The translations under genes and the position numbers were made by a program. Positions 32,001-41,817 of a stretch of 64,000 nucleotides of DNA are shown piece after piece. Source of the stretch: Ignavibacteriales bacterium (GTDB lineage Bacteria; Bacteroidota; Ignavibacteria; UBA10030); the NCBI GenBank assembly GCA_016193365.1, contig JACPSI010000042.1, positions 25,126 through 89,125 of the forward strand, given 5' to 3'. Positions within the stretch are counted from its first letter, which is position 1; every line of letters begins with the position of its first letter. The notes under the pieces were generated by a model. That model was given only the letters and a program-made list of their open reading frames with translations. It was not told the origin of the DNA and made no database searches.

Positions 32001-32557
32001 AGTCTGACACTTTCAAGCCGGCGATATGCCTCCCTCCGACGATGTTTGTACTTCGTCACTCCGGCAGATTCTTCAAAGAGCCGTCGACGCTCATCCGAGC
32101 TATCGCTCAGGATGCTTTCGACCATTTTGAGTTCAATCACTGAATACGCATCAGACCCCATTCCGGTGTCCATGAAGAGGTCGCGGATATCTTTCAACCG
32201 GCAGAGCGTCTTATTAAGGAAATATTCGCCCTCGCCCGAACGATAGACACGGCGTGTAATTGTTACTTCAGAGTATTCCGTCGGGAGAATGCCTTTCGTA
32301 TTCTCGATGGTGATGGAGACTTCGGCCATACTCAGTGGTTTGCGGGATTTGGTCCCATTGAAGATGACGTCTTCCATCTTATCGCTGCGCAAGGTGGTGG
32401 GACGTTGTTCTCCCAAAGCCCATCGAATCGCGTCCACGACGTTGGTCTTGCCGCATCCGTTGGGCCCGACAATGGACGTCATCCCTGCGTCAAACGTGAG
32501 GTTCACTTTTTGGGCGAAGGATTTGAACCCGAAGATGTCCAGTTTGGCAAGATACAT
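29009..32557 (-). CDS. smc: Chromosome segregation protein SMC
   Basis: 1182 aa. Walker A GPNGCGKTN, long coiled coils, hinge, and C-terminal LSGGEKTLTAIALLFAIY signature plus Walker B ILDEVDAPLD. Confidence 0.97.
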   Translation of the reverse strand: MYLAKLDIFGFKSFAQKVNLTFDAGMTSIVGPNGCGKTNVVDAIRWALGEQRPTTLRSDKMEDVIFNGTKSRKPLSMAEVSITIENTKGILPTEYSEVTITRRVYRSGEGEYFLNKTLCRLKDIRDLFMDTGMGSDAYSVIELKMVESILSDSSDERRRLFEESAGVTKYKHRRREAYRRLESVRLDLTRVNDIVREVQKAVNSLERQAQKAQKYNELVRTLSEKEIDLLSREYASIATKISPLKDQLSQAVTEKNRVDIEVRQEEALLEVLRAEMEELEDGLTAAQTDLSSQQSRIHEIEQDLATSIERRRSLTANVERFENENIDLQKQQKELRQKQGNFADELEKVKIQVAEAENIYNVKKGELDEFDKQLSAKKAELKTHQDHVISLLHEISDLRHHESQAKARIENIRGRIGYTSEENEQYRRDITANEELISKLTVEDRELRRKFAEAEVRVHQREDYKLEIQQDIERMRHQDMDLRGEIERKQSRIDFLKSLVESFDGYSEGARYLITSSEWGSRIQTPVGDALTTEPQHRVAVETALGDAAGYIVVESVDQAYAAMDFLKKNQKGKATFICLDRLPAIHNHRPQVPGTGVVGWALDLVRFDGRYGKLFGFLFDETLVVQDVRVASELVEQEPNLRCVTIEGEIVTGKGVVRGGSLRQDEGGHIGKKSQLDELAEDLKKLAIQKEKVLREIQEKMEELGRVNLKSLAEEAREIEQAKTSIEVRIAQLEFEKKRAHESIERNKTEAEKQQQEVVSLIGELEKLTPAIDHCERQKTETEHLVGISSSALAAMETLWNEHSKAANEAHLQVLALKSEERSILQSIEHTQSTLHSIATTLDQRTQEIASAKIEIGTIADGIKEFESSLSEGRKEFEALLERKKSVDIEFVAKRANIHEIELKLKDERLKQQGSLKAAHDLEFKIQELTMKSENLKARAKDEFEIELELKEFADQDQFDFNEAREEIREKKEKIRNLGNINFAAFEEYKSEKERLDFVVAQRDDLEESEKTLLATIEEINTTAQQLFLSTFEKIRDNFVMIFKELFDEGDDCDLTLEKDVDPLEARIEITAKPRGKRPTSIDLLSGGEKTLTAIALLFAIYLVKPSPFCILDEVDAPLDDSNIDRFTKILKKFSDNTQFVVVTHNKRTMESANALYGVTMEEEGVSKLVSVRLTESVTKG

Positions 32558-35190
32558 TATCCAAGGCTCCTTGCGACGTTGAGGGCAAACTTCACGTACG
32601 AACCGATTGCAAATGCAGAGTCATAGTAGAGATACAGGGCACCGGCGAGAATTGCGCAGACAAAGATTCCGCCAGCATAGGATTTCGCAGGGCTGATATC
32701 GTAGATGACTGAAATCCCGGCGAAAACCCGAAGAGACGACCACAAAAGAAAAACACCGATGACCACCAATGAAGGGACAACGTAGATGGGGTTCTCCATG
32801 ACTTTGAACAGGCTCATCGCAACGGGACTGAGGAAAATTATCGGTAAGCCACCCCAAACGGGAACAGAGTATGCATGAAACCATCGAACTTTGGCTTTAA
32901 CGAAAAGAGAACAGGCCTTGACAAAAACGGCAAGAACCCAGAAGAGCACAAAGAAAATCACCGAGAGTCCGATGATCCCCGAAAAAGGATTCCACGTGGC
33001 ATAAATGAGCCATTCCTTCACGGCGTCCGAAACGATAACATACGTCAACGCGTAGTCGAAGAACTTGTCGGTGCGGTAATGATAGAAGATACTCGAAATC
33101 ATAACGGCAAACGTCACGGAGATCAGAGAGCCGAGAGTGAGCGTGTGCAGGACCGAGGCTGCGCGCATATCGCGGAGGTCCGCGTAAAAATTGTACGAAC
33201 GAAGGAAGGCACGACGTACCGACTCCCCGAATCGACGGTTGTATGCGTACTGATATCCGCCGAGGATCATCACGAACAGACCGGAGACAACATGCGCAAC
33301 AGGAAACGACGAACGATGTTGACCCACCGGTATCGCGGACGTCTTTTCTTCGTTGTAAAGAACCTTCACCATTTCATACGACAACCTTCGTTCCCTTCCA
33401 TAACTCATCAACCCAACGGGATGAACATAGGGGTCGGGCGAGTTCACCGTCAGGATGGGACGGTCGCCTCTCCAATCCGCAAAAGAGGAGATAAAACTCC
33501 CTGCAACGCCAACCTCCTTCATAGCTCCGTAATACTGCAGAAAGAAACGGGCCTGATATTCCTGGGACATCGGGTCGCTCCATCCATTCCTGTTGTTGTG
33601 CTCAACCTCTCTCCCGTAACTCAGGACAAGAACCGGTTTGCCGGGATGCTTTGCTTTCCATTCCTGCAGCGTTCGTTTGAAAGTCTTCAGCTCCTGAGAC
33701 GGCATGCCGACGGCTGCAAAATCCACCGACCCTGTGCAAAGGTCGTTCTCGATCATCCGAGAACCGAAGTAGACGGGGCGACTATCCAGGCTTTTCAAAA
33801 ATTTTGTGGTTCGATTGACATACAAAATGGATCGCGGGTCAGCCGAATCAAAATCGCTGCCGATCCCCCACGCAATCAGCGCCGGGCTGTCATGGAATTC
33901 GAGCACCATTTCACCAAGGGCGCTTTCCGCCAACATCTGAAATGCTTCATCTGACAGGACGTCGGCTGCGACGCTCCATACTGGCGCCTCAACGAATGCA
34001 AACAGGCCGTATCTGGCGCAAAGGTTGAGCAAATACGGATGGGGCGGATGGAACGCAAACCTGACCGCATTCACTCCGAGTGTCTTGATGAGAGCAATGT
34101 CTTTTTCCATTTGCTCGTATGTAAGCGACCCGCCGTACTCCGGTGAATCTTCGTGCCAGACAACGCCCCTCAGAACTCGGTGCGTGCCGTTAAGAGTAAT
34201 CCCGGCCGCGGTTAATTCGAGCTGTCGGAACCCTGTGTTTCTTGAGAACTGGTCAATGACAGTTCTTTGCTTGCCGTCCGTCATCGTGATATAAGCCCGG
34301 AGGATGTACATTTCCGGAGCCTCGGGGCTCCACAGCCTGGGGTTGCTTATCACGACGGAAGTTTGAACCTCGAGGTCCCGATTTGGTTCGAGCGAAAGCA
34401 GCACCGGCACGGATTGCGCAACCACAGCTTCTGAGAGCTTCTCCTGGACTTCAAGGTTTAGCACAAATGAAACCCGTGTCGACTTCGTGTCCACGGTGTC
34501 ACGAATCAGCAAGGGAAAATCGCGATTACTGACGGTTGCCGTGACATTAAACGTTCCCTGTTTGAATTCATTTTCCAGGCTTGCACCAACGGCCAATGCG
34601 TCAATCCAGAGTTTTGGGACGGCGAGCAAATACACGTCTCTGAGAATCCCGGCGTAGTTTTTCCACCCCCAGATTTGTTTTCTGACGGGCAGTGTTGTGC
34701 TGGCAGAAAGCTGGTTCGATACGATGATCCTGATAACATTCTCAGAACCCAGCTGGAGAGCATTGTCCGGAACATCGAGCTCGAAAGCGCTGTAGCCCCC
34801 GGTATGTTTTCCGACGAAGATATCGTTGACATACATTTCGGCGTCGTTGTTTATCCCAAGAGCAACAAATTTGATTGTGCAATTGCTCAAAAGAGAATCA
34901 TTGAGAGAGAACTTGCGTTGAAAAACGAGCCGGCCTTCGTAATCAATGGAGCTAGGTATTCTGATGGAGTTCCAATTCTCCTCGTCAAGCGTATAGAACC
35001 ATTCTCCCGCAAGGTCGATTTTCGTCCTTTTTTGACTATCCAGATAAATACCGACATCCGTGCCACGCAGAGTCGGCTGGCCGTTTTCGAAAACTCTAGG
35101 TTGTGAGAGACAGAAAGATCCTAAGAAAAAGGTCAGAAGTGAGAAAAGGAGGGTATCGAAAAGCCCAAGATTATTGGATCTTTTGGTCAA
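32557..35190 (-). CDS. Glycoside hydrolase family 2-like domain protein fused to a C-terminal polytopic membrane domain
   Basis: 877 aa. Signal peptide, GH2 sugar-binding jelly-roll and TIM-barrel-like region (NAVRFAFHPPHPY), then about 8 predicted TM helices. The position expected for the GH2 acid/base WxxGNE reads WGIGSD. Confidence 0.65.
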   Translation of the reverse strand: MTKRSNNLGLFDTLLFSLLTFFLGSFCLSQPRVFENGQPTLRGTDVGIYLDSQKRTKIDLAGEWFYTLDEENWNSIRIPSSIDYEGRLVFQRKFSLNDSLLSNCTIKFVALGINNDAEMYVNDIFVGKHTGGYSAFELDVPDNALQLGSENVIRIIVSNQLSASTTLPVRKQIWGWKNYAGILRDVYLLAVPKLWIDALAVGASLENEFKQGTFNVTATVSNRDFPLLIRDTVDTKSTRVSFVLNLEVQEKLSEAVVAQSVPVLLSLEPNRDLEVQTSVVISNPRLWSPEAPEMYILRAYITMTDGKQRTVIDQFSRNTGFRQLELTAAGITLNGTHRVLRGVVWHEDSPEYGGSLTYEQMEKDIALIKTLGVNAVRFAFHPPHPYLLNLCARYGLFAFVEAPVWSVAADVLSDEAFQMLAESALGEMVLEFHDSPALIAWGIGSDFDSADPRSILYVNRTTKFLKSLDSRPVYFGSRMIENDLCTGSVDFAAVGMPSQELKTFKRTLQEWKAKHPGKPVLVLSYGREVEHNNRNGWSDPMSQEYQARFFLQYYGAMKEVGVAGSFISSFADWRGDRPILTVNSPDPYVHPVGLMSYGRERRLSYEMVKVLYNEEKTSAIPVGQHRSSFPVAHVVSGLFVMILGGYQYAYNRRFGESVRRAFLRSYNFYADLRDMRAASVLHTLTLGSLISVTFAVMISSIFYHYRTDKFFDYALTYVIVSDAVKEWLIYATWNPFSGIIGLSVIFFVLFWVLAVFVKACSLFVKAKVRWFHAYSVPVWGGLPIIFLSPVAMSLFKVMENPIYVVPSLVVIGVFLLWSSLRVFAGISVIYDISPAKSYAGGIFVCAILAGALYLYYDSAFAIGSYVKFALNVARSLG

Positions 35191-35373
35191 TTCTTTGACA
35201 GAAAATGCTGAAGAGGGGCTGGGTTACGGCCCAGCTAAAGTGGACAAATATAACACAAAAACGAGGCGAATGCAACGAATAACTTAAGGAAAATCAATGA
35301 AATACGGCGTTTGCCCTCATAATTTACAATAGCTTATAAACGCTGTGTCGGAGAGTGGAGTTGACAAAGAAAA

Positions 35374-36147
35374 CTACTTTTTCGTAGATAGGGCCGCGGC
35401 CTGAATGATGGCGGAAAACGAATCTGGCTTGAGACATGCTCCGCCAACAAGCGCCCCGTCGATATCGGGCTGGTGGAGAAGGTCGGCCGCATTGTCAGCC
35501 TTTACACTCCCGCCATACTGGATCGTGACTCGCTCTGCCACTGTCCACGAATAGAGTTGAGAGATGAGCTTTCGAATCAGACGGTGAACGTCCTGCGCCT
35601 GTTGAGGCGTCGCGTTTTTTCCGGTCCCGATAGCCCACACGGGTTCGTAGGCAATGATCACCTTCTCCATGTCGGCAGCCGAAATTTCGGACAAACATCC
35701 TTTAACCTGAACGGACACAATCTGGTCGGTGATGTTCTTTTCCCGTTCATCGAGGCTCTCGCCAACACAGATAATCGGAATTAAACCTGAAGCTAGCGCT
35801 TTCCTCGCCTTCTTGTTAATAAACTCATTTGTTTCACTGAAGTATTGACGCCGTTCCGAGTGCCCGACGATAACGTACCTGCATCCCGCGGCTTTGAGCA
35901 TTTTCGGCGAGACTTCACCGGTGAACGCTCCCTCGTCTTCCGTGTGCATGTTTTGCGCTCCAAGCTCGAGGGGACTTCCTTCGATAAGCTTCGCCGCAAG
36001 GGCTAGAGAAGGAAACGGCGGACAAATGATAACTTTCGAACCGATGAGGTTGAAGTTCAGGGCTGTTTTCAAGTCGTTGATGAGCTTTTCCGTCTCACCA
36101 AGATCTTTGTTCATTTTCCAGTTGCCGGCGATTACTTTATTGCGCAT
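35374..36147 (-). CDS. tpiA: Triose-phosphate isomerase
   Basis: 257 aa. AGNWKMN, VGHSERR, and IAYEPVWAIGTGK motifs. Confidence 0.97.
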   Translation of the reverse strand: MRNKVIAGNWKMNKDLGETEKLINDLKTALNFNLIGSKVIICPPFPSLALAAKLIEGSPLELGAQNMHTEDEGAFTGEVSPKMLKAAGCRYVIVGHSERRQYFSETNEFINKKARKALASGLIPIICVGESLDEREKNITDQIVSVQVKGCLSEISAADMEKVIIAYEPVWAIGTGKNATPQQAQDVHRLIRKLISQLYSWTVAERVTIQYGGSVKADNAADLLHQPDIDGALVGGACLKPDSFSAIIQAAALSTKK

Positions 36148-36150
36148 GGG

Positions 36151-36195
36151 TTTGGATTAATGGATTATTGGAATGATGGAATGATGGATTAATGA
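36151..36195. repeat. Short degenerate tandem repeat (GGAWTRATGG units)
   Basis: ggattaatggattattggaatgatggaatgatggattaatgag, in the tpiA/gatB intergenic region. Confidence 0.3.
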
Positions 36196-36217
36196 GTTGA
36201 TTCGGTACTGGCTTCTT

Positions 36218-37675
36218 TCAAGAGGAGAGCTTCTTTTTCAAGATTTCATTCACCATCTTCGGATTCGCCTTGCCCTTCATCGCTTTCATCGTCTCTCCGA
36301 CAAAGAAACCGAAGACTTGATTTTTACCGCTTCGATATTTATCGACCTGTTCCTTGTTCTTTGAAAGAATCTCGTCAACTACTTTTTCAATTGCTCCCTC
36401 TTCGCTCACTTGCACGAGCCCTCTCTTCTCAACAATGGTTCTTGGGGAGTCCTTTGACTTCAGCATTTCCTCAAAGACATCTTTGGCAATCTTTCCGCTG
36501 ATGGTTCCGTCGACAATGAGGTTAATCATCTCGGAAAGGTTTTTTGGGGGAACGGGAAAATCTGAGATCTCAATGTGCTGCACTTTCAGCACACGCAAAA
36601 CGTCTGTCATTGTCCAGTTGCTTGCAAGCTTATACGTTTCGTCGCTCTTCTTGTCCAGGTTTTCGACGACTCCTTCAAAGTAATCGGCAAGCCCTTTTTC
36701 TGTTGTCAGAACATCGGCGTCGTATTTTGGAAGCTTGTATTCCTTGAGATACCTGTCCCTTCGTTCCGAGGGAAACTCGGGCAACGTCGCTTTCACTTTG
36801 TTGACCCAATTCTGATTCACCGCGACAGGAACAAGGTCGGGTTCAGGAAAGTACCGGTAATCGTGAGCTTCTTCTTTGGAACGCATCGGCACAGCGATGC
36901 CTTGATTCGAATCCCAGAGCAATGTCTCCTGGAGTACTTTCTGACCGTCTTCGAGGAGGGCAATTTGTCGCCCGATCTCATACTCCAGCGCTCTCTCGAC
37001 AAAACGAAATGAATTCATGTTCTTTACTTCCGTTTTTGTGCCGAATTTCGTTTCTCCTTTCTTTCTCACAGAAACGTTTGCGTCGCAACGCAGGCTGCCC
37101 TCTTCCATGTTTCCGTCACAGATGCCCAGGTAGGTTACGATTTGCCGAATTTTGTACAGATAAAGATAGGCCTCGTGCGGAGACCGAAGGTCCGGCTCGC
37201 TGACGATTTCAATCAACGGCACGCCGCAGCGGTTGACATCGACAACAGTGTCAATATCGATGTCGTGAATGGATTTCCCGGCGTCCTCTTCCATATGAAT
37301 GCGCGTGATCCCGATTTTCTTTTTTTTGCCATCTTCGAATTCGATGTCCACGAAGCCGTCTGTGCATAAGGGTTCCTCGTATTGCGAGATCTGAAAACCT
37401 TTGGGGAGGTCGGGATAGAAATAGTTTTTTCGTGCGAAAATTGATTTCGGCGCTATCGTACAGTGCGTTGCAAGTCCCATTTTGATGGTGAACTCGACAA
37501 CTTGTTTATTCAAAACAGGAAGAACGCCCGGCATGCCGAGACAAATCGGACAGACGTTCGAGTTGGGCTCGTTGCCGAATTGAGTGGAACACGAACAGAA
37601 TGCTTTGGATTTTGTCAGGAGCTGGCAGTGGACTTCAAGTCCGATGACGGGCTCGTAGTGTTCGTTCGACGGCAT
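36218..37675 (-). CDS. gatB: Asp-tRNA(Asn)/Glu-tRNA(Gln) amidotransferase subunit B
   Basis: 485 aa. Begins [22 protein letters not shown]...; C-terminal GatB/YqeY domain. Confidence 0.97.
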   Translation of the reverse strand: MPSNEHYEPVIGLEVHCQLLTKSKAFCSCSTQFGNEPNSNVCPICLGMPGVLPVLNKQVVEFTIKMGLATHCTIAPKSIFARKNYFYPDLPKGFQISQYEEPLCTDGFVDIEFEDGKKKKIGITRIHMEEDAGKSIHDIDIDTVVDVNRCGVPLIEIVSEPDLRSPHEAYLYLYKIRQIVTYLGICDGNMEEGSLRCDANVSVRKKGETKFGTKTEVKNMNSFRFVERALEYEIGRQIALLEDGQKVLQETLLWDSNQGIAVPMRSKEEAHDYRYFPEPDLVPVAVNQNWVNKVKATLPEFPSERRDRYLKEYKLPKYDADVLTTEKGLADYFEGVVENLDKKSDETYKLASNWTMTDVLRVLKVQHIEISDFPVPPKNLSEMINLIVDGTISGKIAKDVFEEMLKSKDSPRTIVEKRGLVQVSEEGAIEKVVDEILSKNKEQVDKYRSGKNQVFGFFVGETMKAMKGKANPKMVNEILKKKLSS

Positions 37676-37745
37676 GAGCGAATGAAGAATAAATTAGGAA
37701 AGAAAAAAAGTGAAAAATGAAAAGTAAAATGTGGAAACTAAATCG

Positions 37746-38909
37746 TCAGGCGGCGATTGCTTTCGTCACCTTGTCCGCAGCGTCCTTCAAGTTTGCAGCC
37801 ACGAGAAAGCTGAGGCCGGAATTCTTGAGAATGTCTGCGGCGAGGTCGGCGTTCGTTCCAGCAAGTCGAATCACGATCGGGACTTTAACGTCGATGTTCT
37901 TTGCCGCCTCAACAACACCAGTGGCAACACGGTCGCAGCGGACGATCCCACCGAAAATGTTTATAAGGATTGTTTTGACGTGCGGGTCTTTCAGGATAAT
38001 GCGAAACCCGGCCTCTACAGTTTTCGCACTTGCTCCGCCGCCGACGTCAAGAAAATTCGCTGGCATCCCTCCCGCCAGCTTGATGATGTCCATCGTCGCC
38101 ATTGCCAACCCCGCGCCGTTCACCATGCATCCGACGTTGCCGTCCAGTTTGATATAATTCAGGTTTGAAGATGATGCTTCGACCTCAAGCGGGTCTTCCT
38201 CATCAAGATCACGAAGTTCGGCAAACTCAGGATGGCGGTAGAGCGCGTTATCGTCAAAGTTGATCTTCGCGTCGAGGGCAAGAACCTTGCCTTCCTGCGT
38301 GATCACCAACGGATTAATCTCCGCCAGTGAGGCATCACTCGATTCGTAGGCTTTATAAAGAGCAAGCAGGAATTTCACGCCGTTTTTGAATGCATCACCA
38401 GTTAAACCGAGTCCAAAACATAGCTTGCGTGCCTGGAACTTCTGCATGCCGACGCCTGGAGCGACATATTCCTTCAGTATTTTTTCCGGAGATTCTGCGG
38501 CAACTTTTTCGATTTCGACTCCGCCCTCCGTCGACGCCATGACGACATTTTGTGAGCGCGCGCGGTCAAGAGTTATGCCGACGTATAATTCGCGTGCGAT
38601 ATTCATTCCTTCTTCAATCAGCAGTCTTTTTACAATTCTGCCTTCGTGGCCTGTCTGATGGGTGACAAGCCGCATGCCCAGAATCTCCGATGACCTCTGA
38701 CGCACTTCGTCGATATTGCGGGCAAGTTTCACGCCGCCGCCTTTTCCCCTGCCCCCTGCATGAATCTGCGCTTTTACGACCCACACACTTCCTCCAACCG
38801 CTTCTGCCGCTCTCACGGCTTCATCAACATTGAACGCGACTTTCCCCAGTGGAACCGGTACACCGTATTTTTTCAGAATTTCTTTGCCCTGATATTCATG
38901 GATTTTCAT
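37746..38909 (-). CDS. sucC: Succinate--CoA ligase [ADP-forming] subunit beta
   Basis: 387 aa. [20 protein letters not shown]..., ATP-grasp, then CoA-ligase domain. Confidence 0.97.
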   Translation of the reverse strand: MKIHEYQGKEILKKYGVPVPLGKVAFNVDEAVRAAEAVGGSVWVVKAQIHAGGRGKGGGVKLARNIDEVRQRSSEILGMRLVTHQTGHEGRIVKRLLIEEGMNIARELYVGITLDRARSQNVVMASTEGGVEIEKVAAESPEKILKEYVAPGVGMQKFQARKLCFGLGLTGDAFKNGVKFLLALYKAYESSDASLAEINPLVITQEGKVLALDAKINFDDNALYRHPEFAELRDLDEEDPLEVEASSSNLNYIKLDGNVGCMVNGAGLAMATMDIIKLAGGMPANFLDVGGGASAKTVEAGFRIILKDPHVKTILINIFGGIVRCDRVATGVVEAAKNIDVKVPIVIRLAGTNADLAADILKNSGLSFLVAANLKDAADKVTKAIAA

Positions 38910-38923
38910 TTGAACCTCTGTTC

Positions 38924-39430
38924 CTATTGTTCGGCTTCTTCAGCTGTCTGGGATGAATTCCAGTCTTCAATCACGCCAACCGCCTCGATATACTCTGGAA
39001 TCGGCACAAAAACTTTTGCCGGCTTGCTGATATTGCTGCGGGAAATCGGCGAGTCTCCTCCGCCATCCCACACAAATCCTACGGAATTGAAATTCTGCAC
39101 TTGAATTTGAAAACCTTCGGATTCAAGAACGGCTTTCACAAGCTCTGAATCGCCGATCTCTGTCGACTGGAATGCCAGTGCCCAATCCTGTCGAATTTCA
39201 ACCTTCTCGTGGTCATGACAGAGGGTTCTTCCCTTCACGACCTTCGAACATTCGATGCAGACAACCTTCCGACAAATGACGCACACGCCGGAGGAAATTC
39301 TCTGGGGATGTGTATCACAACGTAATGTTCCGACGCCGCGAAGAAGTACTCCGCAATGAGGACAAAAATCGCTGTCTTCGGTTATCTCACCCTCACAGTT
39401 TTTGCAGTTGATATAGTCCATTGATTTCAC
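38924..39430 (-). CDS. Zinc-ribbon + DUF2007-like (putative signal-transducing) domain protein
   Basis: 168 aa. N-terminal CxxC...CxxC zinc ribbons (CKNCEGEI...CPHCG; CVICRK...CIEC), and a C-terminal beta-alpha-beta region resembling DUF2007. Confidence 0.55.
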   Translation of the reverse strand: MKSMDYINCKNCEGEITEDSDFCPHCGVLLRGVGTLRCDTHPQRISSGVCVICRKVVCIECSKVVKGRTLCHDHEKVEIRQDWALAFQSTEIGDSELVKAVLESEGFQIQVQNFNSVGFVWDGGGDSPISRSNISKPAKVFVPIPEYIEAVGVIEDWNSSQTAEEAEQ

Positions 39431-39442
39431 ATGTTATCCATT

Positions 39443-39512
39443 AACCACGACCTGAAGGTCGTGGTTAGGTTTGATATTTGACAAGTAGCCACGACTTTAA
39501 AGTCGTGGCTAC
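39443..39512 (-). terminator. Twin hairpins sharing a CCACGAC core between the P5C dehydrogenase and the zinc-ribbon gene
   Basis: aaccacgacc-tgaa-ggtcgtggtt (39443-39466) and the 28-nt perfect palindrome gtagccacgactttaaagtcgtggctac (39485-39512). On the minus strand the second is followed by a U-rich run, ttgtcaaatat. Confidence 0.45.
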
Positions 39513-39515
39513 TGT

Positions 39516-41069
39516 TCATTTTACTTTCTCTGCAATGGATTTTGCCTGCATGAAGAGAAGAAGATAATCCCTCCCGCCGGCTTTTGAATCTGTGCCAGAC
39601 ATATTAAAGCCTCCGAAGGGATGGACTCCGACAAGAGCCCCCGTGATCTTTCTGTTGATATAAAAATTACCCACGTGGAAAAACTTTTTGGCCTTTTCGA
39701 TTTTCTTCCTATTCTTGGTCCAGACGCCGCCCGTCAGCCCGAATTCCGTGTTGTTCGCGACTTCGAGTGCATCGTCAAAATTTTTCGCTTTGATGATAGC
39801 CAGAACAGGGCCAAAGATTTCCTCCTGGGCAATCGTTGCGTTCGGAGCAACATCGGCGATCACGGTTGGACGAACAAAATAGCCGTCGCCGGAGTTTTCC
39901 TTTTTTCCTCCGGTAATGAGCCGCCCGCCTTCTTTCAAACCCGCTTCAATGTATTTCAGCGTTTTTTCTTCAGAGCCTTTGTTGACCACCGGCCCCATGT
40001 AATTGTTCGGGTCCGACGAATCACCAACTTTAATTTTTCCAACTTTTTCCTTCACGAGGTCAACAAACTTGTCGTACACTTTTTCTACCACAATTGCACG
40101 CGAGGCAGCTGAACATTTTTGACCCTGAAACCCAAATGCCGACGCGACCGTCGCTTGTGCTGCCGCTTCAAGATTCGTCTCGTCGTCGATCATGATGGAA
40201 TCTTTGCCCCCCATTTCAGCAATCACTCTCTTGAGCCATCGCTGACCGGGTTGAACTTTTGCCGCAAGCTCGTTGATGTGTATTCCAACTTCCTTGGATC
40301 CAGTGAAAGCAACAAACCTTGTTTTCGGATGTGAGACCATTGTGTCACCAACTGCACCGCCGGGACCTGTGACGAAATTCAAAACTCCTGCCGGAAGTCC
40401 GACCTCGCGCATGAGGTCGAAGAGAACCCACCCTGTCAACGGCGAATCGCTGGACGGCTTGAGCACCACCGTATTGCCGGTAACGATTGCCGCGGTAGCC
40501 ATGCCCGTCAGAATCGCGAGCGGGAAATTCCACGGCGGCACAACAACGCCAACGCCCAACGGGATATAGACCAGCTCGTTTCTTTCTGTCGGAATTTTTG
40601 TGACAGGTTGCTTACCGGCGTACCTCAACATTTCGCGTCCGTAGAATTCCATAAAATCGATCGCTTCGGCGGTGTCAGCATCTGCTTCCGGCCAGGTTTT
40701 GCCGACTTCATAGACCATCACGGCGCTGAATTCATGCTTGCGCTTTCGCATGATTTTTGCGGCCTTGAACAAATAGTCGGCTCGCTTCTTCGGGTCGACA
40801 TGCTGCCAGCGCTGAAAGGCATCAGCTGCGGTTTCGACCGCCTTTGTTGCCAAGGAGGCATCCGCTTTCTGAAATGTGCCGACAACCTCGCTCGGTTTTG
40901 ACGGGTTGTAGGATTTCAACTTGTCAGCGGTGCGAATTTCCTCGCCGCCGATGACGATGGGATATTCTTTCGAAAACAGAGATTTCACTTTAGCCAACGC
41001 AACTTCCATGGCTTTGCGATTGGCGGGCTTGGAGAAATCAGTGAGGGGTTCGTTTTTAAAGGGCTTCAT
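39516..41069 (-). CDS. L-glutamate gamma-semialdehyde (1-pyrroline-5-carboxylate) dehydrogenase
   Basis: 517 aa ALDH-family. Catalytic residues in EMGGKDS...QGQKCSAASR; P5CDH-type N-terminus. Confidence 0.82.
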   Translation of the reverse strand: MKPFKNEPLTDFSKPANRKAMEVALAKVKSLFSKEYPIVIGGEEIRTADKLKSYNPSKPSEVVGTFQKADASLATKAVETAADAFQRWQHVDPKKRADYLFKAAKIMRKRKHEFSAVMVYEVGKTWPEADADTAEAIDFMEFYGREMLRYAGKQPVTKIPTERNELVYIPLGVGVVVPPWNFPLAILTGMATAAIVTGNTVVLKPSSDSPLTGWVLFDLMREVGLPAGVLNFVTGPGGAVGDTMVSHPKTRFVAFTGSKEVGIHINELAAKVQPGQRWLKRVIAEMGGKDSIMIDDETNLEAAAQATVASAFGFQGQKCSAASRAIVVEKVYDKFVDLVKEKVGKIKVGDSSDPNNYMGPVVNKGSEEKTLKYIEAGLKEGGRLITGGKKENSGDGYFVRPTVIADVAPNATIAQEEIFGPVLAIIKAKNFDDALEVANNTEFGLTGGVWTKNRKKIEKAKKFFHVGNFYINRKITGALVGVHPFGGFNMSGTDSKAGGRDYLLLFMQAKSIAEKVK

Positions 41070-41114
41070 AGGCTTGATAGTTAATACGATAAGAAAACGG
41101 ATGCTCGATGAAGT

Positions 41115-41600
41115 TTATTTCTTTTTTTCTTGCATTTCTTTCATTGCTTCCAACTGCAAAATCATTTCCTCGTCCTTTTTCCTTCCGGCAAATTTCTTTG
41201 ACTTGATCAGCGCATTAATGCTCATAACACGGACCTTCAGTCCGAACATGCTCACCTCGGATGAGGCTTCTTCGGCCTCTTTGTAGAATCCCACGCCACC
41301 CACTTCTCCAAGAATGTCGATGTCGCCCAGCCGGGTTTCAAACGTAAAATTGAGCCCGGCTTTTAAAGTAGCTTCGTCAGCGCGAAACGGAAGGTCCTTT
41401 GGCGCTCCACGAAGAGTTGGATTCAGGGGGTGCAGGGCGCGTGCAAGGCGTTGAAGATTTTCCGGGGAACGATTATAGCAAATATGAATATCATACGTTG
41501 GAACGGTGACACCGTGAATGTTGGCCGCAAGCCCCCCTATAACAACAAACTCCACTCCCTCATTGAGGAGAGCCTTCAGCAACTCTTCGAATTGAGTCAT
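41115..41600 (-). CDS. Nucleotidyltransferase-fold protein (DUF6036-like), putative toxin-like component
   Basis: 161 aa. VEFVVIGGLAANIHGVTVPTYDIHICY resembles minimal NTase-fold proteins found in two-gene modules, and the C-terminus is K/E-rich. No exact family assignment was possible. Confidence 0.5.
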   Translation of the reverse strand: MTQFEELLKALLNEGVEFVVIGGLAANIHGVTVPTYDIHICYNRSPENLQRLARALHPLNPTLRGAPKDLPFRADEATLKAGLNFTFETRLGDIDILGEVGGVGFYKEAEEASSEVSMFGLKVRVMSINALIKSKKFAGRKKDEEMILQLEAMKEMQEKKK

Positions 41601-41793
41601 TCTCGGATAAGTCGGGATATAGTTGATTTCTGGCTTTTTTCACTTCTTCTGCAAACTTGACCCAATCCTGGAGTCGACGGAGACGCTGTTCAACGGTCAT
41701 CCTCAACGATGATTCAAGCAGAGAAATATCAATGCCGTACTCGCGCGCGCGTTCAATGGCTGATGATTGTTTGTCTTTTGGCATACGATACAA
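41560..41793 (-). CDS. Small helical protein, putative antitoxin-like partner of the downstream NTase-fold gene
   Basis: 77 aa. Predicted helical (TVEQRLRRLQDWVKFAEEVKKARNQL). It overlaps the start of the downstream ORF by 41 nt in a different frame. Confidence 0.4.
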   Translation of the reverse strand: MYRMPKDKQSSAIERAREYGIDISLLESSLRMTVEQRLRRLQDWVKFAEEVKKARNQLYPDLSENDSIRRVAEGSPQ

Positions 41794-41817
41794 ATTTAGT
41801 CAATCCCTCGCGGACAA

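Noticed and set aside
32875-33954. 359-aa plus-strand ORF
   Set aside because: It is antisense to the GH2-like/membrane fusion gene, with an Arg/His-rich artefactual composition.
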